A stretch of DNA of 64,000 bases from the NCBI GenBank assembly GCA_963514005.1, contig OY740796.1:28458001-28522000 (forward strand). The letters run 5' to 3'. The position numbers and the translations under genes were made by a program. Positions within the stretch are counted from its first letter, which is position 1; each line of letters opens with the position of its first letter. The notes under the pieces are model-generated. The model was not told where the DNA came from, ran no database searches, and was given only the letters and a program-made list of their open reading frames with translations. Shown piece after piece: positions 25,601 through 38,385 of this stretch. Source of the DNA: Raja brachyura. Taxonomy: Eukaryota.

Positions 25601-26756
25601 CACAGGTGGCAACCTTTATGCTCAGGCGATTTAAGTTCTTGTCTAGAGACTTCTCAAACGCTGTTGGGGACTCTGCTTATACTTCTATTTCTATTTCTCT
25701 CCCTCTCTCTCTGGCAGTGCATTCCAGATATTCACCACTCTCTCCTAAATATAAGCCCTCTAGTTTTCTTCACCTATTAAAGGGAGGTTTTTCTGCAATT
25801 TTTCCAATTTATGCACCTCATTTTATATATCTTAATCATTATGCCTCTTAATCTCTTCAGGGAAAACATAACTAGCCTCTACACTCTTTAGAAGCAATTT
25901 ACTTGGTAGAAAATATGAATAGTGGGATATCCAAAATATATCTGGGGATTATTGCAGTGAGCAATAAACTTTGAAGGGATGAATGGCCTTTTCTCAATTA
26001 TCTTCCTCATGTTCTCCTGAGCCTGGCATACGCACAATGACTGCAGAGATGTCCAGGGCAACAACCATTGCAACAATTGTCAACTTAGACGATTAGCAAA
26101 TTACCCAAAGTACCTTTCTTGCTTGAAATAACCAGATCATAGAAAAGAGCAAAAAGCACCACCACATTAAGGCAACATTCAGGATTCTATCAACTTTGTG
26201 ATGAGATTTCTTAACTTCCCCATGGTTCCTTAGCCAATTATTATTACATTTTACACATTGATTGTTTTCATAATTCTGAATCTTTTATTATACCTGATAA
26301 GCGTATTCACTGAACTCTTAATCAACGCATATGAGTCCAGCATCAGCAATCTCGGTATTTATACTGCCTAGAATAACAGTCATCTAACAATCCAAACTCA
26401 GCCCTCGGGTTTCAACATAGCCTGAGCGGTTGGTTTAGAGGAATTACACATTGAGAGAACAGATGCAAAGGCATTCTGCCGCTTGATCTCGCTCAGCTGT
26501 CTGGCACATGGCCCAGATGATTATCTTATTTTAACAAGACAAATGACAGGCTGGCCGCTGAGGGTGGGCAAAATTTGGACCCTTCACATTGAAATAAAAT
26601 TTCTGTATTTTCAACACATCAAATGATGAACAAATAGAATATGTGGACAGGAATTCCCCATTTTCTCCAGCCCTCCATCGAGGTTATTAAAGGTGTCAGC
26701 TTTCAGGTAGGACATTAAGTCACAGTTCTTCGTCCCTGATTGAATGTAAAAAAGGG

Positions 26757-27400
26757 ATGAGCGGTGGGGGGGAAACAGGTCGGAGAGTGGGGGAAAACCG
26801 GTTGGAGGGTAAGGAAAAGGGTCGAGCGCGGGGAAGAGAAGGAAGCGGGTCGGGGGGAGGGGGAAGGAAGCGGGTCGGGGAGTGGACGGACGGATGGGGG
26901 GGGGAAGGAGGAGTCAATGGGCGGGGGGACGAGGCGGGAACGGGTCAGGGGTGGGGGGGGAGGAGACGGGACAGGGGAGGAAATTGATTTGGGGGGGGGA
27001 GATCGGGGGCTGACGGATCGGGGGGTAAGGATACGGGACATGGGGAAGGAAATGGATCGGGTCGTGGGGGGGGAAGGAAATGGGTCCGGGGGGGGGGGGG
27101 GGGAACGGGCCGTCGGGTGGGGTGGGAGGAACGGGCCGGGGACGGACGGGGGGATGGATGGAGGGAAAGAAACGGGCCGGAGGAGGGGGGGGGGAGAGAA
27201 AACAGGTCCGGAGGGGGGGTGGAGGAAGGAAATTGATCGGGGGAGGAAATGGGCCGGGGGAGGGGGGAAGGGAAGAGACGGGCCCGGGCGGGATGGATGA
27301 AGAAACGAGGGAGAATATGTAAAGGCGTGAAAATGGGGAATCTGGAGACGTGGAATTTGAGAAGTGGGGAGGAGGCGGGAGTGGAGCGGGGAAGGGACGA
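26757..27400. repeat. G-rich (plus) / C-rich (minus) low-complexity tract at the 5' end of PCBP4 intron 1
   Basis: Dozens of G3-G15 runs; the ORFs here are Gly- or Pro-rich artefacts. Confidence 0.85.
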
Positions 27401-28015
27401 GGAGTGATCAGTTGGCGGGTTTTGGGGCCGAGCGCGGGCAGGATTAGTAACTGCGAGCGCGAGGCCTAGTCCGGGAGCGGCGCCGAGGCGCCTGGAGGCC
27501 GCGTGCGGCCCAGCTCCCCCCCTCCCCCCTCCATGCTCTCTCTCTGAGGCCCGCCCGCGCCCCGACTACACCCCGCGGGACTCAGTACCCGTACCCGGAC
27601 ACGTTCACTCAGCACCATCCCCTCCCCGCCCCGCCGCCATCGCCTTACCCCGCCAACATCTCCGCCGCCGTTGTCCGAATGTGGTTCCTCTCCGACTTCC
27701 TGCTGACGAGAAGCAGCGACAATCGTCCGCCTGTACGACACGCAGCGCACCGCGACCTCCCTCGCCACCGCCCTCGCCCGGCCCGCCCGCCAACTGCACA
27801 CATCTTCCGCCCCATCGTCAACAAAATATCCTCCCCCACTGTCTGATCGCGCAAACACCCCTTCCATTCACCCGTCAAATTCTGCAAAACAACTCCCCAC
27901 CCTTCTCCACTCACCCCACAGTCTGATCGTGCAAACAACTCACCCACAGTCTGATCGCGCAAACCCCTCCCCCTCCTTCCCCCTAAAAATTGAACTTCGG
28001 GCCCGAACGCGTGCA
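27400..28015 (-). promoter_or_regulatory. CpG-island promoter and candidate non-coding exon 1 of PCBP4 (donor gcggg|gtaagg at 27648)
   Basis: Very high GC and CpG density, GC boxes (ccgccc), and a good minus-strand donor about 3 kb upstream of the first coding exon. Confidence 0.7.
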
Positions 28016-28164
28016 TTTTCTAAATCCTTGTGATTTGGGGAAGACGGGCTTTAGATTGCATTCTCTTTTGTACAATGAAAGGGTATTCTCATTCCTTACT
28101 AAATGTACTTTCGGTGAATTTTAAGATTTTCTACTGCATTCGTCAATTCCCCTTTAAACAAACA

Positions 28165-28330
28165 CATGCTGGAGTAACTCAGCGTGTCAGGTAGTATCTC
28201 TGGAGGACATTTCTGGTCCCTTCTTTCCGGGACCCTTCTTCTGCCACCTTCCCATGCCCTTCAGAGATGCTGCCTAAACCACTGAATTACTCTTAACATT
28301 TCATTTTGTAGACCAGCATCTGCAGTTCCA
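28165..28330. mobile_element. Degenerate palindromic mini-Penelope
   Basis: tgctggagtaactcagc...cagagatgctgcctaaaccactgaattactc...ccagcatctgcagttcc. Confidence 0.7.
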
Positions 28331-28653
28331 TGTTTCTCAATTCTCCTTTATGCATCAAATCAAATCTATTTATTATGTTAATTTCCCAAATCTCACGTAC
28401 TCAGATCAAACTTAAAAACACCGTGATGGAGATACGAGAACCTGCAGATGCTGTTATCCCGACCAAAAACAAACTGGATGAACTCAGCAGGTCAAGCTGC
28501 AGCAGGGGAGGTCGACATTTTGGGTGATAGCTGCCAAGGATAAATTCATCATTATATTTAGTGACCAGTCTTGTACACGTGTTAATGGAGTGGATTGTGG
28601 TAAACCCATGACAGCCATAACACTGATTGTACAGTCTAAGCGTAAAATATTCA

Positions 28654-28938
28654 GGGGTGCACAGTGGCGCAGCAGTAGAGTTGCTCCCCAGTGCCAGAGA
28701 CATTCGATCCTGGCTATGGGTGCTGTCTGTACAGAGTTTGTACGTTCTCCCTGTGACTGCGTGGGCTTTCTCCGGGTGCTCCAGTTTCCTCCCACAGTCC
28801 AAAGACTTGCAGGTTTGTAGATTATTGGTAAAATTTTGAATTGTCCCAAGCATGTAGCGTAGCGTTAGTGCACAGGGCAATCGCTGGTCAGCGTACACTC
28901 ATTTGGCCGAATGGCCTGTTTCCACACTATCTCTAAAG
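28654..28938 (+). mobile_element. HE1/V-SINE
   Basis: gcacagtggcgcagcagtagagttgct, ctgcgtgggctttctccgggtgctccagtttcctcccacagtccaaagac. Confidence 0.88.
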
Positions 28939-29178
28939 TATATTGTACACATCCTCCACTCCTTTCTTAAACTGCCGTTGCATTAATTGCCAACTCTGCT
29001 GGAAGTGTTTACTAGCACTTCCACATCACCTGTATCCACCCAGTTTCAAGACATGTGCCATCCCAGGATTACTTTGTTGAGTTGTTATCTCAATACATTC
29101 CTGGCCCCTACCACCTTTAAACCACTAAGTTCACTTTCAACTTCCCCTCCCGCACCACACACATTCATATCCTTCCTG

Positions 29179-29269
29179 AAGAAGTCTGAAGAAGCGTCTC
29201 GACCCGAAACGTCGCCTAGCTCCTTAGATGCTGCTGCACCCGCTGAGTTTCTCCAGCCTTTTGTGTACC
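29179..29269 (+). mobile_element. 91-bp single-arm Penelope pLTR insert with hammerhead-like core
   Basis: ctgaagaagcgtctcgacccgaaacgtc; 15-bp TSD ttcatatccttcctg at 29164-29178 and 29270-29284. Confidence 0.88.
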
Positions 29270-30772
29270 TTCATATCCTTCCTGCCTGCCCGTCCCAATC
29301 CAGTGACTTTGTTTGGAAGCGTCTGACTTTTAAATTATTCATCCTGGTTTTGACCCAAAACGTCAACTATTCCTTTTCTCCGGAGCTGCTGCCTGACCTG
29401 CTGAGTTATTCCAGCATTTTGTGTCTACCTTTGGTATAAACCAGAATCTGCAGTACCTTCCAACACAAGTGTTTTTGAGACCCGCCCTCTAAAATGGATC
29501 AAAAGACCACACAGCATTGTTTTGACGTGGAGGGGCAAGAGTTCCCGATGTCTTGGTGTCAATATTTAGCTTAACACCTAAAAATAAAGGCTTAAATTTA
29601 AGTGTATTGGAATGGCACAAAAGTAGGACACAAACAATTTTAATGTTTTATGTGTCATTCCTAACTGTCACTGTATGTCATGTTGTCACTTGCGGGCGGA
29701 GCACCAAGGCAAATTCCTTGTCTGCGAATACTTGGCCAATAAACTTATTAATTCATTTCTTTCCAGACCTGGTTTGCACAATTGCACCCCGAGTTAGATT
29801 TAGCTCTTAGGGTTAAAGTAATCAAGGAATCTAGGGAAAAAGCAGGAACGGGATACTGATTTTAGTCCCAATTCATAAACATTCTATGTATGGTTGTTGG
29901 CGGGAAGTTTGGGCAGGTGACAGCAGTTGCTGGGTTAAACAATACTCGGGCAGGTTTAAGTGGTGAGAATAGATGTGGTGGCACATCATTGCAGTACGCC
30001 AAGCCACACCAACTTCAAAAAGATGCAGAGTGAGCCCAGTGCTTGGCGTCAGGCGGTCTGTTCGTCAGTCTCTTCCTCAGGAGGTCACAGATTTATAAAT
30101 TAATTTACTCTTCGTTTATTGTCCAGTCAGACTACAAAGGTGACTTCAACATCCAGGAAGGCAGACGGTGGGGGCAGGTGGGATAATGCAGCAATCAACA
30201 CAGGCACTGCAATATATTCAGCCAAGCCAGTGTCACATTACACTGTTGTTCCAGCCCAGAAGCCCCAGGGCAAAAGACCTTTAATGACGCAAGACCCATC
30301 TCGCCAACTCTACTGCTGCCGTCACTCTCCCAGCCTGTCTCGTTCAGTTATTCTTTCTCTCACCCTTCTCTTTGAAGATTGATGAGCAAACCTCACTGCT
30401 GATAAATGTTGAGATGGGGAGTTTGGCTTCCAATTCTAATGAGCCATAAAACCTGTCTTTTGTGGCTTCTAAATAAAGTTTCAGTCCTGGCCTATCATCA
30501 CTACACTTTGCCCCTTCTCTATTCTACAAATTACAGCTGTGCATTCAGCCACTGAGGTCTCAGAAAGCATGATCTGTGAGCCCAAGGATAGAGAGTGGAC
30601 CACTGAGTAACTAAAGGCCAACTTTTTGATTATTGACCTTAATCCTCTAGGCACCCAAACTTCACTGAAATTAAAAACGATCATAATCTGTTATACATGC
30701 TCGATCTCCTCAGTGAAAATATTCACTTTAGTCACGTCCTAATACCCTAAACTACATCAAATTATCCCAAGC

Positions 30773-31065
30773 AGGGTGGCACAGTGGCGCAGCGGTAACA
30801 TTGCGGCCTTACAGCGCTGGAGATCCGGGTTCGATCCTGACTACGGAGTTTGTAGGTTCTCCCTGTGACCGCGTGGGTTTTCTCCGAGATCTTCAGTTTC
30901 CTCCCACACTCTGAAGATGTACAGGTATGTAGGTTAATTGGTCTGGTATAAATGTAAATTGTCTCTAGTGTGTGTATAGGATAGTGTTAGCGCGTTGGGA
31001 TCGCTGGTAGTTGCGGACTGAGTGGGCCGAAGGGACTGTTTCTGTGCTATATCTCTAAACTAAAC
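30773..31065 (+). mobile_element. HE1/V-SINE
   Basis: gggtggcacagtggcgcagcggta, gggttcgatcctgac, tail atctctaaactaaac. Confidence 0.9.
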
Positions 31066-31249
31066 TTGTCAGCAAATCTACAACCTGGACACAATGTGAC
31101 AGGCAACATGATTTCACAGGAGTAAATGGTTACACAAACATAAGTACTGGTAGTTCTGCTCTAACGTACTTTTCTATAGTACAAATTGGATGCAACAAGA
31201 ATAATTAATATCTATTACACAATTGATTACAACATTTACATCTGGAACT

Positions 31250-32080
31250 AGAAAAACATGGAGTGACGGCGCTGCCTTGGCAGCTGCGGCTCGCCTGCAG
31301 TCCGTCTGTTTTTTTCTTTTTTTGTTGTTTTCTTGTCATGTTTTAGCGTGTTAATTTGAGTTATAGTGTGTGTGGGAAGGGTGGGAGAAACGTTTTAGTC
31401 TCTTCCTTTGGGGGGACGCGACTTTTCTTGTCGTATCCCCCCTCTCCGTCTGCGCTGAGGCCTAATGGCATAGCTGGCAGCATCCAACTGCAACTGACCT
31501 CGAGTTTCCGGAGCCACCGGAAACTTACCAGCGCGAGGCTGGCCGACTTCGGGGCTGTGGCGGGTTCAGGCATTCCGGCGGCCTGACTAGGAGCTGTAGC
31601 GGCTTTCCGGTGGCGGTGGCAGCAACTTCAGAGGCCCGGCCACGGGCTCAGTGGACAACATCGTCGGGAGCTCGCAGGTCACAGGTGGGTTACCTGTTTT
31701 TCTGGAACTCCCACGGCAACAGCAGCGTCCGCTGGACAAGAGGGCAGCAGCTTCGGCAACTTCGACCGTCCCGGGCCGTGGAGTTCAACCGGCCCATTCG
31801 CGGAGCACGGTTCAGCCGCGGGAGTTACTTACATCACCCAATGGGTACATAACATCGGAGGCCTGGATCGCCTCAGCGCAGAGGAAGAACAAGAAGGGAA
31901 GAGACAAAGACTTAAGATTTTGCCTTCCATCACAGTGAGGAGGTATCTGGTGAACTCACTGTGGTGGATGTTACACGTGTGTTTATTGTGTGTTTTGTTA
32001 TTTACTATACGTATGACTGCAAGGCAACAAAATTTCGTTCTGACCGAAAGGTCTGAATGACAATAAAGTTTCCATGATAC
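31250..32080 (+). mobile_element. Non-autonomous CpG-rich element with Rex1/Babar-type 3' stem-loop tail
   Basis: GC-rich body without RT ORF; 3' aatttcgttctgacc-gaaa-ggtctgaatgacaataaa resembles Rex1 tails. Confidence 0.55.
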
Positions 32081-32465
32081 CTGACTTAAAAGTTACATTG
32101 GGGAAAAAACAGAAAAAAAGTCTTGGATTTAAACAGTATAGGGAATGAAATCTGTGTCTTTGCAACTTGCCCGCAGTAATCAGACGCCATTGCCTAAGAG
32201 CATCACTGCTACTTTAACTGTGGATGGCCACTGAAATTGCCAAACAATCACTTCTATTGACACTTGTCAAGCAATACGATTAAACAATTTAATACAGCCT
32301 ATAATACTTTTAGCTTGAAGTACCAAAAATAAACGTAACTATCAAAGATACATATTTTATTTTAAATCCTGTGGGGGAAAAATAACCTTGTCATTGCAAG
32401 TCTGAAACCCTCCAGCCCCTAATCGGCTTTTCCCCTTTGACACAATCTTGAAACTGAAGAAGTCT

Positions 32466-32993
32466 GACTGAAGAAGGTCCATCTGTCTCCTCAGATCCTG
32501 GTGAACTTCTACCGCTGCACCATCGAGAGCATCCTTACCAACTGCATCACAGTTTGGTATGGCAACTGCTCTGTCTCCGACCAGAAGGCATTGCAGAGGG
32601 TGGTGAAAATTGCCCAACGCATCACCGGCTCCTCGCTCCCCTCCATTGAGTCTGTCCAAAGCAAGCGTTGTCTGCGGAGGGCGCTCAGCATCGCCAAGGA
32701 CCTCTCACCCCAACCATGGACTGTTTACCCTCCTACCATCCGGGAGGCGCTACAGGTCTCTCCGTTGCCGAACCAGCAGGTCCAGGAACAGCTTCTTTCC
32801 GGCGGCTGTCACGCTACTCAACAACGTACCTCGGTGACTGCCAATCACCCCCCCCCCCCCCCCCCGACACTTATTATTATTTATTCAAATCATTTGCTGT
32901 GTCGCTCTTCCAGGGAGATGCTAAATGCATTTCGTTGTCTCTGTACTGTACTCTGACAATGACAATTAAAATTGAATCTGAATCTGAATCTGA
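32466..32993 (+). mobile_element. Rex1/Babar LINE 3' fragment
   Basis: FYRCTIESILTNCITVWYGNCS..LQRVVKIAQRITG; HPNHGLFTLLPSGRRYRSL..SFFP; tail (TGAATC)n. Confidence 0.92.
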
Positions 32994-33139
32994 AACATGA
33001 TTTTGTAGCAACACAAATATCACGTTGCAGCAGAATTACCCCAAAGATGAAATATTTGTTCACTGCAGATTTGTAGGTAGAAAACAAATCAATAGTGGTT
33101 CGAATCCCCGACTGTACATTCTACCCCCACATTTGCTCA

Positions 33140-33272
33140 GTCCAGTCTGAAGACCGGTCTTGACCCAAAACGCCACCCGTTCCTTCTCTCCAGAGGTGCT
33201 CCCTGTCCCGATGAGTTACTCCAACATTTTGTGTCTATCTTCGATTTAAACCAGCATCAGCAGTTCTTCTGA
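33140..33272 (+). mobile_element. Penelope pLTR remnant
   Basis: gtctgaagaccggtcttgacccaaaacg...gagttactccaacattttgtgtctatc...ccagcatcagcagttc. Confidence 0.75.
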
Positions 33273-36200
33273 CAGATGTCATTCATTACACTAAATCTCA
33301 AAATTAAACACCAAAGTCTGGAGATTACATAGGGTATAAACAAAAATAATATTTGACAGAGCTTTTAAAGTTGCTCTCCAAAGGGAAAATAAATTGTCAG
33401 TTGCAAAAGACTAGAACCAAATGAAAAGAATGAGTAATATGCTGGAAGTAGTTACAACGATAGGAAGGATGAGAGGTCACAGGGAGAAAGAATTTCACGG
33501 ATGAGCCGGGAATTTCAAGATTAAGCAGAGGTTGAAAGGGCTGACAAAGAGATTGAAATGGATGCTTCCATACAGTAACGGACCACGTGCTCCGTGGATG
33601 TTGGCAAGGTGTGATATTGAAATATCACCAACAAAAACTGATGCCAAATAACATGAGGTGATGTCATGGTAAGTGAAGAGTTATGAAGGACTGCAAAACC
33701 AGTGCCAAATAATCAAACCATTCTTAACTGGGTGCCAATGCAGGTTAGCAAGGCGAGAGTGACGGCCTGATTAGCAAAGGTTTGCTTGACCCCATGTTTT
33801 AGTGGAGTTAAGGAAGCTGACCATGAGTCAGCTGCAGCTATGCAGTCTCAAGTTTCCATGTCCTTCAGCCGGGTTTCTACAGCAGACAAGTTGGAGGCAG
33901 GAGCAAAATCAAGCAGCTTGCAGGATTGGAAATAGGTCAGCTGGTGCTGAACTGTAATGGTCAATTTGCAGTCAAAACAAGCCCAAGTTTGCACAGATAA
34001 AATATATTTTTATATTTCCCTTCCCTTTTATCTTCACCTTGCCCTCTCCCTATTAAAAAGCTTCAAAATTTTAAACCTCAAGTATTCCTTTTACCATGTT
34101 GCTATGTCTCCCCTCCTTGATTAACCTTTCTAGCTAGCTTTTCCTCTCACTCTGCCCAAGTTTTTGACAGGGTCCCTGAAGTGTAATGCCCAGGTATGGA
34201 ACTGGTACTCTTCAGATACCTTACCAATGATTTTTACGAGCTCCATGTTGGGAGTAGTTAACAAGGTACACTTCAAGAACAAGTGTTGAACTTAGGCAGA
34301 CAAAAGAGAATTTAATGGCTATCCTGCATGACAGTGGAAGAAATATTAGCGAGTTTGTTTTTAGCTTTGGTTGTTAATGGAAGATTGGAGGCAACAATTA
34401 CACAGCAAGAGTTGTTGACACCATGGTGGTTGTGAGACAGATGGATATTAGCCCTGTCTGGCTAATATGGGATAATTCGACCAGATAGTCCCCATCACCC
34501 CTCACTACCTGGCACTCTAATTGTAGCTCATTCTGAAATAATCCCCTAGTTGTGTCAGAAGTAAAGCAGCTTTCCCCTGATCTGTCTAACTCCTTTCCAG
34601 CCTGTTTAATTAAACACCCACAGAAACAGATATCTATTGCCTGACGCATCCGTCTTTATTCAGTGAATGTCTGCACAAGAGAAGGGAATGAGAGTGTAAT
34701 AAAGATAAACAAGTTCTGGTTTGCGCCAGCTTCACAGTTCTCATCCATTTCAGCTGTGAGGTAGTTACGTGGCCTCTGTCTAAGGCACAGATAAGGCCCT
34801 GCTGCCAACTACATTTTTGTCCACCACGCTTATTCCATATTCTCACATCATAGAAACATAGTGACTGCAACCATCTATGCCTTCCTATTTAAATGATCTG
34901 ATTCCCCATCTCCTCTGACAGCATGTTCCAGATATTAAGGGCTCGAAGGCCTATTCCTGCACCTATTTTTCTATGTTTCTATTAACGAGTAAACCCTGGC
35001 ACCCTTGCAATGCAGCATTCTCCCAACAAGACAACAGATACTGAATGTAGCATTAGCTGCCTCAACGATGAGAACGATATATTATTCCTGTTATCATTCC
35101 TTCCCCCACCACAGCATGATGGATTGCCATCAGGTTAAAAAAATGTAAACTAGAGTTCAGATTGAACAGGATGCAGAAACTCCAGGACAAAATTTTAGCC
35201 TGAACCGTTAAGATGCAGGAACTTGCATTTCCCAGCAATGTTCATAATTCCATCTGTTGCCAAATGCTTAAAGTATTATTGAAGCCATTATTGAAGTATT
35301 ATTGAGAGGGCAAATTCCACAGTGATACTGCCTAGACAACATTCTTTCATGATGCCAGATGAGGGATACATATTAACCAGAACATTGCAAGAACTACTTT
35401 ATTCTTCTCTGAAGTGCTTTGGATGGAATGGTGGCACTCAGCTCAGATATGCTGCCTCACAGCTCCATTGACTTGTGTTCAGTCCTGACCTACAGAGCTG
35501 TCTGTGCAGTTTGCACAATCTGCCTGCCACCACGTGGGTTCTCCCCAGGTTTTCCCGTTTCATACCACATCACAAATGGTCACAGGGAAAATTATTGGCA
35601 GAATGGGGTTGCCGTGAGCTGTCAAAGTGGAGGACATTTAGCCCATCGAGTATGTTGTAAGAAAATATTGGATTGTTTATATTCACTGATGAGGAAACAA
35701 GGCTTCCTCTTAACAAGCCACCCAAAAGATGGCACCACCAGCAGGCTAACTCTCCCTCAGTTAGACGGATATAGAAACAGGTCTTTCAGCCCGTCATGTA
35801 CATTCTGACTAATCACATACATCAACACCATCCTGTTTTCCAGTCCTGGAATAACAGAGTGGGACCCAACCCTCCTAGCAAACCATGGCTGCATGGTGGC
35901 CTCGGGCATCCAGGTAAATAGACAAAACTATACAAAGGCCCAGATGTGACTTGCACTAACACCCTGCTAATAAAAGATTCCTTCTTGTGAAGCTGTTATT
36001 CAGTGTTGCTGTCAGGGGCAACCACGGAGACAGGATGCCTCTCACCCAGCAGCTGATTAAATGTAGTGCAAAGCCAGTGAACGGGAGCTGTGATCAGCTC
36101 CCTCTCTCTCTTTCCTCCCCCTATAATTCTCTTGAATAGGCCACTGATTTATGGCATCGCAGCAGTTGTTAATCATCAGAATCTAGAGGAAAAGCAGATA

Positions 36201-38033
36201 AATGAATAAAGCAGAAGCAGGTGGACGATGGAAGATGACCGCAGTAACCTTTGGGCTTATCCTTCAATCGGGCGGCTTAGCCGCATTCTGACAGTACAGC
36301 TGTCACTCGGATTCATTGTTGCATTAAGGGGCCTCTCTGCTCAACTCGCAGTTTTAAAAAGCCTGTGTCACATTTCTCCCAATTGATAGCTGTAAGTAAA
36401 CCTGGGGATGACTGAAAGTTTCAAATTACGGCGGCGACAGATATTTCCCTACCCCCCCCCCCCCCCCCCCCCACCGTCTCTCTCTCTCGCACACAAAGAA
36501 TTGGTCTCCCCAAGCCATCCACAATCTAACAGTCTTCATGCAATCCAGCATGAGGAACACATACAAACACCCAACGGGGTCATTATATAACCTCCACGGC
36601 GCAGCAAATGCTTCTTCGGACAAAGCTGAACAATGAAGATAATGGGATTGGGTGTCAGAAAGAGATAGCGGGAAGGTTTTCTATTTGGGGGGGGGAAGGG
36701 AGGGAGATTCCCAAGTCAAGAAATTGGGAAGTGTTGAAGGCCCCATTTGAGGGAGAGAGCAGTTTTAGGGGTGAGGTTTTGGAACCCACTGGGAACTCCT
36801 GTCCAAGAGCTGTCCTACCTTTCGATCTGGAGCCGTTGCTTTAACGCGCGCTGCCTTTGCAGTGGGTGCCAGCGACTTCACTCACTTCCTGGAATCGGGA
36901 GGTTTCACACAAGCCAGCAGCTCTGAACGCACGGATTCACTCCACCGCACAGTCCTCCTGATATTACAATCACGTCTTTCTCACAGCTACAATTCCGCTA
37001 ACATTAACAAAGAGACACAGAGCTCCTCCCCCCAGCTCACCAAAGAAAAGTGGGCGGTGACAAAAGTTCTTGTCTTTTACTCGCTTTAACCCTTTGGAAG
37101 TCAAAACTAAAAACACAAGAGATGCTTGAATCTAGGCAGCATATGTGGAGGGAATGTATTGATGACTTTTCGACCAGACCCGCTTATTTTCTCCAGCAAT
37201 TTGTTTTTGCTCGGCAGTAAAAACTGACTGGTCAAAGATAGTTAGCAGATTAAATGAATTAATGCACACAACTGTTATAAACAACCGACCACACAAGACA
37301 TTAGATACATAACATTAGATCAAGTTACGAGATGTATTTATTTCTCAAAGTAAGAAAAGGAATCTCTAAATCAAATGAACTACTGACAAATTGACAATGA
37401 AAGGCACCTCGTGAGGGTTATTATCAAGAACCCTTTGGCTCCACTCAAACTCCCCGACCTTCAAACACCGGTAAATATCAAAAAGCAGGAAACGTTCAAC
37501 AGGCCAGGCAGCTTCTGTGGAGAGAGAAAGAGAGTCAACTCTTTAGGTGGTGGCATCTGGACAGTTCTGGCATTTTCTGTATGTTTCCCATATTCAGCAT
37601 CTGCCAGTGTTTGTTTGGATTACCCCTCCCCCCCAGCCTCCCTCACGGCAGTCCCTAGCTTGATCTTCCTCCTAACACAGCGTTTCATCCTTTCTGGTAT
37701 CTCTCTTGCTCTTATTGGTCCCTCAGCTTCACTTACTTTTGCAGGATGTCCGAAGAGACACATTTCCTTCTGGTCTCCATGGAATCTTGCTTTGCTGGTC
37801 TAATATTCACACCAACCACTACGGGGCGACAGTGTAAGGCAAGGCCTGACCTCCTTCAATTAACCCAGGCCTGCTTGCAGGATGGGACAGGTAGAAATGA
37901 CATTGACCCTTAAATTAAGAACCAATGGTCACCACCTTACAATAAGGGGGTGGCCATTTTGAACAGAGACAAAAATATATTTATTCAATTCAGGCACAGA
38001 TTTGCATGAACTCTTGTCCAACTTCATAGGGGC

Positions 38034-38385
38034 TTCATTGTGGTGCAGCTAATAGAACCAATGCCTCACAATTCTAATGACTTGTGTTCAACCCTGACCT
38101 CAGGTGCTCTTTGCGTGGAGTTTGCATGTCCTCCTTGTGTCCAAGTGAGTTTCCTCCGGTTTCCTCCCACTTCCCAAAGATGTGCTGATTAATAGGTTAA
38201 TTAACCTGGGTAAATCGTCCCTCGTGTTTATGTGGGTGGTAGAATCTGGGGGCAGAATGTAGTTGACCAGAATGTAGTTGACCAGAATGTAGGGGGTGAA
38301 TGACAAAGGATTAGTGTATTATTACTGTAAATGAATGGCTGATGGACAGTACGGACTTGGTGGGCTGCACCTTCTCCAACTCTAA
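38034..38385 (+). mobile_element. Older HE1/V-SINE
   Basis: gtggtgcagc, tgcctcaca, gtggagtttgcatgtcctcc...tccggtttcctcccacttcccaaaga. Confidence 0.75.

Noticed and set aside
27835-27964. Repeat-spacer pattern resembling a CRISPR array
   Set aside because: Vertebrate context, only three repeats, spacers of 58 and 6 bp, no cas genes.
26715-28016. Gly-, Pro- and Arg-rich ORFs
   Set aside because: Artefacts of the low-complexity tract and CpG island.
34757-34778. tgaggtagt resembles the 5' end of let-7
   Set aside because: Only 9 nt match; the rest differs from mature let-7 and I see no pre-miRNA hairpin.
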